Shown piece by piece: positions 27,319 to 36,197 of a stretch of 64,000 nucleotides of DNA (its first letter is position 1; the number at the start of each line of letters is the position of its first letter). The stretch comes from Shigella phage SHSML-52-1: the sequence record KX130865; one strand, given 5' to 3'. The notes below the pieces were generated by a model. It was not told where the DNA came from and did not search any database. It worked only from the letters and a program-made list of their open reading frames with translations. A program made the position numbers and the translations under genes.

Positions 27319-27813
27319 ATGAATATCAATACTACGGCTACTTACATCCTGAAAGACGAAAAACAAATCAACTGGTACGGTGCTTCAGTGCGAGCTTATG
27401 AAAAGTTTTGTGAAATTTTAGGCGCCACTCAAGGTAATAGTTTCACTATTGTTAACTTCATCAAACAAGCTGAAGGCCCTTGGTTATTCTTAGAAATTAA
27501 AAATTCATATGGTACAATTTCTACTACCGCCCTTCCAAGCACCGACTTTGAACTGTTGATTGAAGAAGTAGAACCCGTTAAAGACATCTGTATTGATATG
27601 GATATCGCTTGTATGTACGGTACTCTTATTAAGCCTATTGAGCCTACTGATTTGCTGTGTAAATATGTTTCAATTCGACGCCCATTCGCTGGTCCAGTAA
27701 ATGGATGGGTAACTGATCAGTGGATTGAAGACGGTGTTGAACTTCTTAACGTTGTTCATGCCGGTGATTTTAGTGTGGTTCCACGTAGTGCTGTGGTTAA
27801 TATCCTTAATTAA
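27319..27813 (+). CDS. hypothetical protein, tandem paralog A
   Basis: C-terminal block VTDQWIEDGVELLNVVHAGDFSVV shared with 27878 and 28343 ORFs; ATG 27319 lies downstream of the promoter. Confidence 0.5.
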   Translation: MNINTTATYILKDEKQINWYGASVRAYEKFCEILGATQGNSFTIVNFIKQAEGPWLFLEIKNSYGTISTTALPSTDFELLIEEVEPVKDICIDMDIACMYGTLIKPIEPTDLLCKYVSIRRPFAGPVNGWVTDQWIEDGVELLNVVHAGDFSVVPRSAVVNILN

Positions 27814-27815
27814 TG

Positions 27816-27845
27816 TTGTACATCCAAGGACGGATGGAGTATAAT
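27816..27845 (+). promoter_or_regulatory. early promoter (-35 TTGTAC 27816-27821, -10 TATAAT 27840-27845)
   Basis: Paralogous to the 27259 promoter (CATCCAAGGACGGATGGAGTATAAT). Confidence 0.55.
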
Positions 27846-27877
27846 GAATTCAACTTAAACAAAGAGAGAGAGAAATT

Positions 27878-28333
27878 ATGATTACTATTGGTGAAATTAA
27901 GCGTGTATCATCTGCATCTCGTTCTAAAGCTGCAGGTCGTCTGGTTGAAGTTGTCGGACTTCGTACTAATGGTACTGGACGTGTTAAAGAAGTTAAAGTT
28001 CGAATCATTCCTAGTTCCGGAAAAACTGAAACTCAGTACGCTTACGTAAGTCCTAAATTCTTGGAAACTCATGTGAGCGCTCATTTTGCTTCTACTGAAC
28101 CTAATGTACAGTTCAAATGGGCCTTGTGTAAAGGTGTTGAATTCCAGACTGATAAAGAATTTGATTACATCGACGAATACGGCTATCCAAGCACAACTGA
28201 TATCATGTGTGGCTTCATTAGTGACCAATGGGTAGAAGATGGTGAAAAGTTATACAATATCGTATTCTTAGGTGACTTCAGAGTTGTTAAAGAATCTGAA
28301 ATCACTCGCTATGTATCTCCTCGTAAAGCTTAA
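27878..28333 (+). CDS. hypothetical protein, tandem paralog B
   Basis: 151 aa; internal duplication plus shared C-terminal block ISDQWVEDGEKLYNIVFLGDFRVV. Confidence 0.55.
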   Translation: MITIGEIKRVSSASRSKAAGRLVEVVGLRTNGTGRVKEVKVRIIPSSGKTETQYAYVSPKFLETHVSAHFASTEPNVQFKWALCKGVEFQTDKEFDYIDEYGYPSTTDIMCGFISDQWVEDGEKLYNIVFLGDFRVVKESEITRYVSPRKA

Positions 28334-28342
28334 GGAATTATT

Positions 28343-28762
28343 ATGAATATTGCAAATCTCTCTATTGGTGATTACGTACACGTATCGGATGCTTCTCGCT
28401 CTAAAGTTGCTGGTAAGTTGGTTGAAGTTCTTTATGTAAGTGATCCTGTTTTTGGTCGCAATGAAGTTAAAGTTCGTGATGCTGATGGCAACATTGGTTA
28501 CGTTAAAAGCCAGTTCATTGAGCCAGAAGAAAAAGCGTTCAAATGGGGACTATGCAGATCAGTTTCTGTTGAAAAAGACCATGAATTCACTATTGCTGCG
28601 GCAACTGATGGAACACCATGGAAAACTAAGCAAATCGCTGGATTTATTAGCGACCGTTGGGTAGAAGATGGTGTCAAGCTTTATAACATTGTTTTTGCCG
28701 GGCAGTTCATGGTAGTTCCTGAATTCCAAATTAAAAAATATAGCCCAGCTGCTTTCGCATAA
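28343..28762 (+). CDS. hypothetical protein, tandem paralog C
   Basis: 139 aa; SDASRSKVAGKLVEV and ISDRWVEDGVKLYNIVFAGQFMVV shared with paralog B. Confidence 0.55.
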   Translation: MNIANLSIGDYVHVSDASRSKVAGKLVEVLYVSDPVFGRNEVKVRDADGNIGYVKSQFIEPEEKAFKWGLCRSVSVEKDHEFTIAAATDGTPWKTKQIAGFISDRWVEDGVKLYNIVFAGQFMVVPEFQIKKYSPAAFA

Positions 28763-28766
28763 AGTT

Positions 28767-28816
28767 GTTTACTTCTCCTCTGGTTTTGATATTATAACCA
28801 TATCAACCAGAGGAGA
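28767..28816 (+). promoter_or_regulatory. PeSL-type cassette: early promoter with 11-bp inverted repeat (CTCCTCTGGTT / AACCAGAGGAG)
   Basis: -35 GTTTAC 28767-28772, -10 TATTAT 28790-28795; downstream arm includes RBS GAGGAG of ORF 28822. Confidence 0.55.
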
Positions 28817-28821
28817 ATAAT

Positions 28822-29346
28822 ATGTTAGTTTATCGCGTAGAACGTAGTTTTTGTACTCAACGTGAATCATTACCAGGAATTGTTATCGAAGACGGTAAAG
28901 CCGTCAGAATTTGGGAAACCTCTTGGAATAAAGAACCTCTCTCACCTTACGGTTGGTCTGGCACTGACAACTCTGAAGAAACATGGGAGTTCCTTGATAA
29001 ACATGGAATAATCTCAGGTAACTTCTACCATCACGGCGACAACTATAATGTCCCTAATCGTCCTACAGTAAATGAAGACAAACTCCTTGAACAAAATATC
29101 TTAAGATACCATAGAATTGAGCACACATTTGAATTGAACAAAGATTGGGCTCAAGGGTTCTATTTTGGATTTGAAAGCGTTGACGCGGTTTATGCATGGT
29201 TTGATGACCAGGTGGATGTTGAACTCTTGAAAGCTAAAGGATACTACATCGCGGTCTATGAAGCACCTGATTTCATCCTCGGAAGTTGTCAATTAATGTT
29301 TAGACGTTCATTGGCAGAACAAGTTGATTTTATTTTGCTAAAATGA
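28822..29346 (+). CDS. hypothetical protein (174 aa)
   Basis: Track ORF after a PeSL promoter; no family recognised. Confidence 0.55.
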   Translation: MLVYRVERSFCTQRESLPGIVIEDGKAVRIWETSWNKEPLSPYGWSGTDNSEETWEFLDKHGIISGNFYHHGDNYNVPNRPTVNEDKLLEQNILRYHRIEHTFELNKDWAQGFYFGFESVDAVYAWFDDQVDVELLKAKGYYIAVYEAPDFILGSCQLMFRRSLAEQVDFILLK

Positions 29347-29389
29347 TGTACAACAACTATGGTCTATGATACTATAGACCTATCAAAAC
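29346..29389 (+). promoter_or_regulatory. PeSL-type element (inverted repeat GGTCTAT / ATAGACC; core TATAGACCTATCAAAAC)
   Basis: Conserved cassette core upstream of the 29404 ATG; -35 weak (ATGTAC). Confidence 0.4.
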
Positions 29390-29403
29390 AAGAGGAGAAT
29401 ATT

Positions 29404-29631
29404 ATGAAACGTCAAATCATTAAAAACGTAACTACTGATTCAAACATCGATGAGTTTGAAGATGTTCTGTTTAATCCTGATTTAGTTGTTGTACAGAAAA
29501 ACTGGACTGAATTTTTATGCTACACTGAAGTGGTTTACGTTTACGAAAAACTCGGTGATGAAATGCCTATCTATGGTATCTTCCGTGAAATCACTGAAAA
29601 CGGTACAACTTATTGGAAGGAAACTTACTAA
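29404..29631 (+). CDS. hypothetical protein (75 aa)
   Basis: ATG 29404 after AGAGGAGAA; track ORF starts 29359. Confidence 0.45.
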   Translation: MKRQIIKNVTTDSNIDEFEDVLFNPDLVVVQKNWTEFLCYTEVVYVYEKLGDEMPIYGIFREITENGTTYWKETY

Positions 29632-30035
29632 TGGCTAATAAATTCCGCGTTAACTCATGGTACAAATTTAAAGATAAACGTGCCCAAGAAGAGTTTATTA
29701 AAAACCACACTGATAATGGGATTTACGCACGACGTCTTGGCATGGAACCATTTAAAGTATTAGATGTTGACCATCTTGGACGTCCTACTAAAATTGTGAC
29801 ATCTACTGGCATGGTTGGATACGCAACAGGCGGTGATATCCTTGATGAAAACTTTATCTGGCTCTCTACGAATGAAGCAGAGTTCTTTGATGAAGTGGAA
29901 AATCCATACCAAGCTTCTGAAGAGCAAGAACAGATAGAAGATTTCACAGAATTCCCGGTAATGAAAGTTACTATCGAAAATAACGACCAGGCATGGTCTT
30001 TGTATCAAATGTTGAAAGCACATTTTAAGGAATAA
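29631..30035 (+). CDS. hypothetical acidic protein (134 aa)
   Basis: TAATG-coupled to the upstream ORF; track ORF 29613-30035. Confidence 0.5.
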   Translation: MANKFRVNSWYKFKDKRAQEEFIKNHTDNGIYARRLGMEPFKVLDVDHLGRPTKIVTSTGMVGYATGGDILDENFIWLSTNEAEFFDEVENPYQASEEQEQIEDFTEFPVMKVTIENNDQAWSLYQMLKAHFKE

Positions 30036-30037
30036 TA

Positions 30038-30217
30038 ATGCCGTTATACGACTATAAATGTCAATCTGAAGATTGTGGCCATGAATATGAAAAAATTAAA
30101 AGGATTTCTGAACGAGAAAACGATGTTTGCCCTGAATGTCATCGTCTGTCTACTCGTCGGGTTTCTGCTCCTAAACATGTGAACGGTGGTTTTTACGACT
30201 TACTTAAGAAGGGATAA
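30038..30217 (+). CDS. zinc-ribbon protein (FmdB-like, 59 aa)
   Basis: MPLYDYKCQSEDCGHEYE…DVCPECH: CxxC…CxxC pattern of the FmdB regulatory zinc-ribbon family; not in track. Confidence 0.45.
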   Translation: MPLYDYKCQSEDCGHEYEKIKRISERENDVCPECHRLSTRRVSAPKHVNGGFYDLLKKG

Positions 30218-30219
30218 TT

Positions 30220-30645
30220 ATGGCTTTTAAAGGTTTTGAAGTTGGTAAGAAATATCGTATTATCAAAGGTCAAGAAGATAATTTCTTGAGAATTCTTAAT
30301 ACAACTGGTAAACGTCTTAACACTAATCTGCATACTACTTTATTGTCTAAAGATTTTATTGTGGAAGAGATGATTGGTTACGGTGTTTCAGTGATTGCTG
30401 TAGAAGCCGTAGGCGATTACGGCCGAACTATTCATAGTATGCAAGGTGATATTCTAATTTACGGTGCAGAATTTAAATTCTTTGAAGAAGTTCTTGAATC
30501 AGATACAGCCGTCGATTTCAAAAAAGGCTCTATAGAATTTGTTGATGGTTCGGTGATCGTATCAGGCGATGTGGTCATTACAGTTAAAAGTGAACAAGGG
30601 CGTTTGGCTGCAATTGATGCACTTCAGAAAATTAAATTTAAATAA
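30220..30645 (+). CDS. hypothetical protein (141 aa)
   Basis: Track ORF followed by a terminator. Confidence 0.55.
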   Translation: MAFKGFEVGKKYRIIKGQEDNFLRILNTTGKRLNTNLHTTLLSKDFIVEEMIGYGVSVIAVEAVGDYGRTIHSMQGDILIYGAEFKFFEEVLESDTAVDFKKGSIEFVDGSVIVSGDVVITVKSEQGRLAAIDALQKIKFK

Positions 30646-30665
30646 GGGCTTCGGCCCTTTTTGCT
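30645..30665 (+). terminator. rho-independent terminator (AGGGC-UUCG-GCCCU + U-run)
   Basis: Hairpin overlapping the stop codon, followed by TTTTTGCTTT. Confidence 0.7.
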
Positions 30666-30686
30666 TTAGATTTCGGATGATAGAAT
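30661..30686 (+). promoter_or_regulatory. putative middle promoter for gene 39 (TTGCTTTA 30661-30668, -10 TAGAAT 30681-30686)
   Basis: Near-consensus MotA box with 12-bp spacing. Confidence 0.45.
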
Positions 30687-30708
30687 ACCTTCATAACGAG
30701 GAGACAAC

Positions 30709-32526
30709 ATGATTAAAAATGAAATTAAGGTATTGTCAGATGTAGAACATATTAAGAAACGTAGTGGTATGTATATTGGTTCTTCTGCCAAAGAAGCCCA
30801 CGAGCGTTTTTTGTTTGGTAAATATCAACAAGTTGAATATGTTCCTGGTCTGGTTAAATTAATCGATGAGATTATTGACAACTCGGTTGATGAAGCTATT
30901 CGTACATCATTTAAGTTTGCAAATAAAATTGATGTGCAAATTAAAAATAATCAAGTTTCGGTGGAAGATAACGGACGTGGTATTCCTCAAGGTTTAGTTA
31001 CCGACCAAACGGGTGAACAAATTCCTGGGCCTGTAGCAGCCTGGACTATTCCAAAGGCAGGTGGTAACTTTGGTGATGACTCTGAACGCAAGACTGGTGG
31101 TATGAACGGCGTCGGGAGTAGTTTAACTAATATCTTCTCTACGTTGTTTACAGGCATCACGTCAGATGGTGAAAATGAAATCACTGTTAACTGTTCAAAC
31201 GGAATGGAAAACAAATCATGGTCTTCTAAGAAATCTAAAGGTAAAGGCACTAAAGTAATCTTCACTCCTGATTTCTCTTCATTTGAAGAGCATAATTTAT
31301 CTCAAATTTATTTAGATATTACTTTAGACCGACTTCAAACATTGGCAGTCGTTTATCCTGATATCAAGTTCACATTTAATGGTAAAAAGGTCGATGGTAA
31401 TTTTAAACGATTTGCTAAACAATTTGGTGAAGATAACATCATTCAAGAAAATGATAAAGTCTCTATAGCATTCACAACATCACCAGATGGCTTCCGTCAT
31501 TTAACTTATGTGAATAACATCCATACTAAAAATGGTGGACATCATGTTGAATGTGTAATGGACGATATCTGCGAACATCTTTTGCCGGGTATTAAAAAGA
31601 AATATAAGGGTATTGAAGTCACTAAAGCTCGTGTTAAAGAATGTCTCACAATGTTGATGTTTATTAGAGACATGAGCAACATGCGTTTTGATTCTCAGAC
31701 TAAAGAACGTTTAACGTCAACGTATGGTGATATTCGTAATCATATCCAATTAGATGCTAAGAAAATTGCTCAGGCGCTTCTTAAAAACGAAGCCTTGATT
31801 ATGCCTATTGTTGAAGCAGCATTAGCTCGTAAATTGGCGGCAGAAAAGGCTGCAGAAACTAAAGCAGCTAAAAAGGCAACTAAAGCTAAGGTTCATAAGC
31901 ATATTAAAGCTAACCAATGTGGTAAAGATGCAGATACGACATTGTTCTTAACAGAAGGTGATTCTGCAATTGGTTATCTCATTGATGTTCGTGACCGTGA
32001 ACTACATGGTGGATTCCCATTACGTGGTAAGGTAATGAATAGCTGGGGTATGTCATATGCTGATATGATGAAGAACAAAGAGCTCTTTGATATCTGTGCT
32101 ATCACAGGTCTTATTCTTGGTGAAAAGGCAGAGAATACGAACTATCGTAATATTGCAATTATGACCGATGCCGATCATGACGGTCTTGGAAGTATTTATC
32201 CGGCTTTGCTTGCTTTCTTTAGTAATTGGCCTGAATTGTTTGAACAAGGACGTATTCGCTTTGTTAAAACGCCTGTAATTATTGCACAAATTGGCAAAAC
32301 TCAAAAATGGTTTTATACTGTAGCTGAGTATGAAGAAGTTAAAGATACACTGCCTAAGCATAGTATTCGATACATCAAGGGATTGGGCTCCCTTGAAAAG
32401 TCAGAATATCGTGAAATGATTCAGAACCCTGTGTACGACGTAGTTAAACTTCCTGAAAATTGGAAAGAACTATTTGAAATGTTGTTGGGTGATGATTCAG
32501 AACTTCGTAAAGAATGGATGTCCTAA
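30709..32526 (+). CDS. 39: topoisomerase II large (GyrB-like ATPase) subunit, contiguous gp39+gp60
   Basis: 605 aa single ORF with GHKL ATPase and TOPRIM regions; no split gene 60 or bypass gap. Confidence 0.9.
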   Translation: MIKNEIKVLSDVEHIKKRSGMYIGSSAKEAHERFLFGKYQQVEYVPGLVKLIDEIIDNSVDEAIRTSFKFANKIDVQIKNNQVSVEDNGRGIPQGLVTDQTGEQIPGPVAAWTIPKAGGNFGDDSERKTGGMNGVGSSLTNIFSTLFTGITSDGENEITVNCSNGMENKSWSSKKSKGKGTKVIFTPDFSSFEEHNLSQIYLDITLDRLQTLAVVYPDIKFTFNGKKVDGNFKRFAKQFGEDNIIQENDKVSIAFTTSPDGFRHLTYVNNIHTKNGGHHVECVMDDICEHLLPGIKKKYKGIEVTKARVKECLTMLMFIRDMSNMRFDSQTKERLTSTYGDIRNHIQLDAKKIAQALLKNEALIMPIVEAALARKLAAEKAAETKAAKKATKAKVHKHIKANQCGKDADTTLFLTEGDSAIGYLIDVRDRELHGGFPLRGKVMNSWGMSYADMMKNKELFDICAITGLILGEKAENTNYRNIAIMTDADHDGLGSIYPALLAFFSNWPELFEQGRIRFVKTPVIIAQIGKTQKWFYTVAEYEEVKDTLPKHSIRYIKGLGSLEKSEYREMIQNPVYDVVKLPENWKELFEMLLGDDSELRKEWMS

Positions 32527-32542
32527 GCTCCTTAGGGAGCTT
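32525..32542 (+). terminator. hairpin AAGCTCC-TTAG-GGAGCTT after gene 39
   Basis: 7-bp stem overlapping the stop codon, followed by a T-rich tract. Confidence 0.45.
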
Positions 32543-32568
32543 CATTTTAATTTTAATAAGGCTTAATT

Positions 32569-33669
32569 ATGAAAGTTATGTTTATCCCATCTCGCGCAGT
32601 CCCATTTAACCCAGAACGTGTACAAGGTGGTCTTGAAGCAGTACATTTAAATGTGTTGAAATATTTAGTTTCTATCGGTGCTGATATTGATTATATCGGC
32701 TTTGATAATGACACATTTGGTGATTGGAAGGTTAATCATCATCCTGTTGGTCATCTGACTAAATTCAGTCTAGGTATGAGTTATACTATGGCTCGTAAGA
32801 TTGTTGAACTAGCCGGCATCCATGAATACGATTTTGTTGTTACTATGGAACCGACTAAACTAACCGTTCAGGCAATTAAAGACGCAGGTCTCTCTAAAGT
32901 TCATAAGAATTTTATGGCAACACCATTTGAACCGGTATCTCGTGGCATTGTTCAAATTTGGGACCAGACTATTCAAATTCATAAGAATGGTGGTAAGAGC
33001 TATGCTCCTACTAAAGCCTTCCGTGAATTTGAACGTAAATATTGTTATATGACTTCAGGTCTGACTGACAAAATTGATTATGATTATTGGCGAGCAAATC
33101 CGTTGTTTGAAGCCGAAGATTATCCGGTTATTTGTTTGAATGAGAAACCTGAAGTTCTTCCGGCGACTGATCTGATTATTAGTGCACAACGTTATGACAC
33201 TAAAATGCGTCGTACTGATGTTGCTCTTGAAGCGATTAAAGCACTAGGCGAAAATGGTGTAGGATACTGTCCTAGTAAATGGGCACCACCGGCTAAGTAT
33301 CCTGTTATTATTGATGCTCCACACAGTGAAATCATGGAACGTCTTAAAACAGCTAAAGCACTTATCAATACGTGTCCTGACACGGGTACGGTAGAGAATA
33401 GTTCTATTGAAGCCATCTCTAAAGGTGTCCCTGTGATTCAGTTAGTTTTTAAGGATTATCCGCACGCGACATTCGAATATGACCCAGATACTGTGCGTGT
33501 AGAAATTGATTCCTCTACTCCTAAGAAAGAAGTAGTTGCGCTTTACACAAAAGCTGTATTAGAATTCACTGACACATACGAAGCTCGAGTTAAACGTGCT
33601 GAAGCAGTATGGAAGAAGTATAACCGAGATGCGGTTGTTGCGATGTGGGATAAAATCTTCACAGCGTAA
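32569..33669 (+). CDS. GT-B-fold glycosyltransferase (GT4-like); candidate hmC-DNA sugar transferase
   Basis: 366 aa; C-terminal TGTVENSSIEAISKGVPVIQ resembles the GT4 E-x7-E sugar-donor motif; sits between 39 and rIIA. Confidence 0.6.
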   Translation: MKVMFIPSRAVPFNPERVQGGLEAVHLNVLKYLVSIGADIDYIGFDNDTFGDWKVNHHPVGHLTKFSLGMSYTMARKIVELAGIHEYDFVVTMEPTKLTVQAIKDAGLSKVHKNFMATPFEPVSRGIVQIWDQTIQIHKNGGKSYAPTKAFREFERKYCYMTSGLTDKIDYDYWRANPLFEAEDYPVICLNEKPEVLPATDLIISAQRYDTKMRRTDVALEAIKALGENGVGYCPSKWAPPAKYPVIIDAPHSEIMERLKTAKALINTCPDTGTVENSSIEAISKGVPVIQLVFKDYPHATFEYDPDTVRVEIDSSTPKKEVVALYTKAVLEFTDTYEARVKRAEAVWKKYNRDAVVAMWDKIFTA

Positions 33670-33685
33670 ATCCTGAATCGCCTGA

Positions 33686-33736
33686 GGCACTATTACACAT
33701 AAGATGATAGATTATATGGTCTTTAGTAATAGTGCC
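33686..33736. repeat. 11-bp perfect inverted repeat (GGCACTATTAC / GTAATAGTGCC) with 29-nt loop
   Basis: Arms at 33686-33696 and 33726-33736 in the intergenic region after the glycosyltransferase. Confidence 0.6.
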
Positions 33737-33761
33737 CTAGGAATCTACTGAAGAGAATATT

Positions 33762-33962
33762 ATGAGAACATATAACGTGGACTTGGAACTTTTTGATAAA
33801 GCAGTGCTCCGGGAATTCCGGCTTATCCAAAGATTTTTTGATATCGAATCAGCAGAGTCCTTTAAAGAACGCTTTAAAGAAATTCGATATAAAATACAAA
33901 CCGATACAGCTACTAAAGAAGAACTTCTTGAAGTAGCAGAAATTTTTAAACGTAACTTGTGA
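33762..33962 (+). CDS. hypothetical protein (66 aa)
   Basis: Track ORF immediately upstream of rIIA. Confidence 0.4.
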   Translation: MRTYNVDLELFDKAVLREFRLIQRFFDIESAESFKERFKEIRYKIQTDTATKEELLEVAEIFKRNL

Positions 33963-33974
33963 TGAGAGAAAAAT

Positions 33975-36188
33975 ATGATTATTGAAACGGCTAAAGAAAC
34001 GATTATTGGTTCAGGCGGTAAGAGCACAGCATTCACTATTCAAGGCAATAGCAAAGTTTATAAGATTTTGTCTAATGACCTTTATACAAACAAAGAATTG
34101 GCTTGTGTACGTGAATTAATCACAAACTGTATTGATGGACAAATTCTTAATGGTTGCACTGATAAGTTTATTGTTCAGGCTCCAGGTCGTTTAGACCCAC
34201 GTTTTGTAGTTCGAGACTTTGGTCCTGGTATGAGTGATTTCACCATTAGAGGTAATGACGAAGAGCCAGGAATCTATAATTCATATTTTGCTTCAACTAA
34301 AACATCGAGTAACGATTTCATTGGTGGATTCGGACTCGGCTCTAAAGCTCCGCTAGCATATACCGATACATTTAACCTTACGTCTTATCACAACGGTGAA
34401 GTTCGTGGTTACGTAATCTACCAAGATGACACAGGTCCACAAATTAAGCTGACCTTTGTAGATAAGATGGGTCCTGATGACCGTACGGGTGTAGAAGTAG
34501 TCGTACCGGTTAACCCGGAAGATTTTGAAAAGTTCGCATCCGAAATTGCATATGTTATGCGTCCTCTAGGTGATATTGCAGAAGTTCGTGGTGTTAAAGA
34601 TATTAAATACTTCCCTGAATTTGACGATGTATATTTGGCCAAGGAAGCTCCATGGGGTGAACGCGGTAATATCATGGCTGTTTACGGTGGTATTGTATAT
34701 CCAATCGGAAGTGTTATTAAAGAACAAACATGGATGATGACTCGATGCACCACAGCTTATATTAAATTCCCTATGGGTGAACTAGACGTAGCTCCGTCTC
34801 GTGAAGCATTGTCATTTGATAAACGTACAGTAGCAAATATCCATAAACGCGTTGCAGAAATCGATGCTAAATTGTTCGCTGAAGATTCTAAGAAATGGAT
34901 TGATTGTAAATACCCACGTCATGTGTTCCGTGAAATTGATTCTCTTGGTTATACCGCTCGTAAATACATGGAAAAGGCTGGGTCTAATATTGAATCACTG
35001 AAATACTCTAAAGAACAACTAACTTATTCTGAGTTGTACAAACGTTTTAAAATGGGGCCTGAGTGGTGTAATCTTGGCGTCGTATATGATATCGTTGAAT
35101 CCCCTCGTCTTCGTCGTATTCGTGAAAGTGGTAGCTCATCATCGACCATTTCAATTAACAGCCTGATTGGCATTAACATTAAAAATGTTGAAATCGTTAT
35201 TGACGACGTTAAGGGACGCGTTCCATTAATGCGAGCTCTTAATTCAATTGAAATGTCTAAAGACGAGGTTAAATTAACTGGTAAAGTTCCACGCGGTTTT
35301 GGTAAAAGTGTACTATTCGTTGACCCTACAGACGAAGATGCAATGAAACTTCTGGAACGCCTTAAAGTTATCTTTGATGGCGACAACATTAACATGTACA
35401 AGACTTCAGAGCTTTTACAAATCGTTAAGCCATGGATTGAAGTCAGGAAACGGACTAATGAGCCTCGTCCTAAATCGCCAAGTGCTCATCGATTCTTTAA
35501 GAATGAAAACGACGTTTGGGTATCAGAAGATCTCTTTATTCCGGCAAGTGAAGCAGATGAAATCCAAGGTTATGCTATAGTTCGTAATCGTTCTAATGCT
35601 GAATGTCTTGATGCAGATAAAGGTTGGTTGAACTATGACTCCAATTTCTTGACTCGTATTGCTGATTTGTCAGGTATTAAAGAGTTCACTGTAGTTCGTC
35701 CACAGATTGCTAAGAAAGTTCGTAAACTTGGTGAAGTAGAATGCTTGTTCGAAAAATCAATTAATGACTATATTATGCTAATCGATAAAGTGGATTATGA
35801 TGAGTATGTATCACCAAGTCGTAGAGCACAGCCTTATTTGAATCATATTACTCGTAATGAAGAGCTTAACTTCCTTAGTAAGTATTTTAGCTCTAAGAAC
35901 AAAGAAATCAGTAAAGACTTTGCAAAACTCTCCACAGTAAATAATCGCTGGGGATGGAATCGATTCGCAGGTGCTACTAATACAGACCTGAATAAGAAGT
36001 TAGAATTGTGTGCTAAAATTTTCGATAAGCTTAAAGATAATGCTTACGATAATGATGATAAAATGGTTATTGAATTCGAAACCAATTATCATATTGTGTC
36101 AGAATACATGGGACGACGTGGTACTCTTTCAAAAGAACAGGTCGCTCAAATCGTTAAATTCATGAAGGCCGTGGAAGCGGCCAAATAA
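33975..36188 (+). CDS. rIIA: rIIA membrane-associated protein
   Basis: 737 aa; extensive match to recalled T4 rIIA (…LYTNK…VRELITN…RLDPRFV…FGPGMSDF…). Confidence 0.95.
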   Translation: MIIETAKETIIGSGGKSTAFTIQGNSKVYKILSNDLYTNKELACVRELITNCIDGQILNGCTDKFIVQAPGRLDPRFVVRDFGPGMSDFTIRGNDEEPGIYNSYFASTKTSSNDFIGGFGLGSKAPLAYTDTFNLTSYHNGEVRGYVIYQDDTGPQIKLTFVDKMGPDDRTGVEVVVPVNPEDFEKFASEIAYVMRPLGDIAEVRGVKDIKYFPEFDDVYLAKEAPWGERGNIMAVYGGIVYPIGSVIKEQTWMMTRCTTAYIKFPMGELDVAPSREALSFDKRTVANIHKRVAEIDAKLFAEDSKKWIDCKYPRHVFREIDSLGYTARKYMEKAGSNIESLKYSKEQLTYSELYKRFKMGPEWCNLGVVYDIVESPRLRRIRESGSSSSTISINSLIGINIKNVEIVIDDVKGRVPLMRALNSIEMSKDEVKLTGKVPRGFGKSVLFVDPTDEDAMKLLERLKVIFDGDNINMYKTSELLQIVKPWIEVRKRTNEPRPKSPSAHRFFKNENDVWVSEDLFIPASEADEIQGYAIVRNRSNAECLDADKGWLNYDSNFLTRIADLSGIKEFTVVRPQIAKKVRKLGEVECLFEKSINDYIMLIDKVDYDEYVSPSRRAQPYLNHITRNEELNFLSKYFSSKNKEISKDFAKLSTVNNRWGWNRFAGATNTDLNKKLELCAKIFDKLKDNAYDNDDKMVIEFETNYHIVSEYMGRRGTLSKEQVAQIVKFMKAVEAAK

Positions 36189-36197
36189 GGAAACATT

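Noticed and set aside
30709-32526. Gene 60 translational bypass element
   Set aside because: The large topoisomerase subunit is one contiguous frame; no gap or take-off/landing codon pair was seen.
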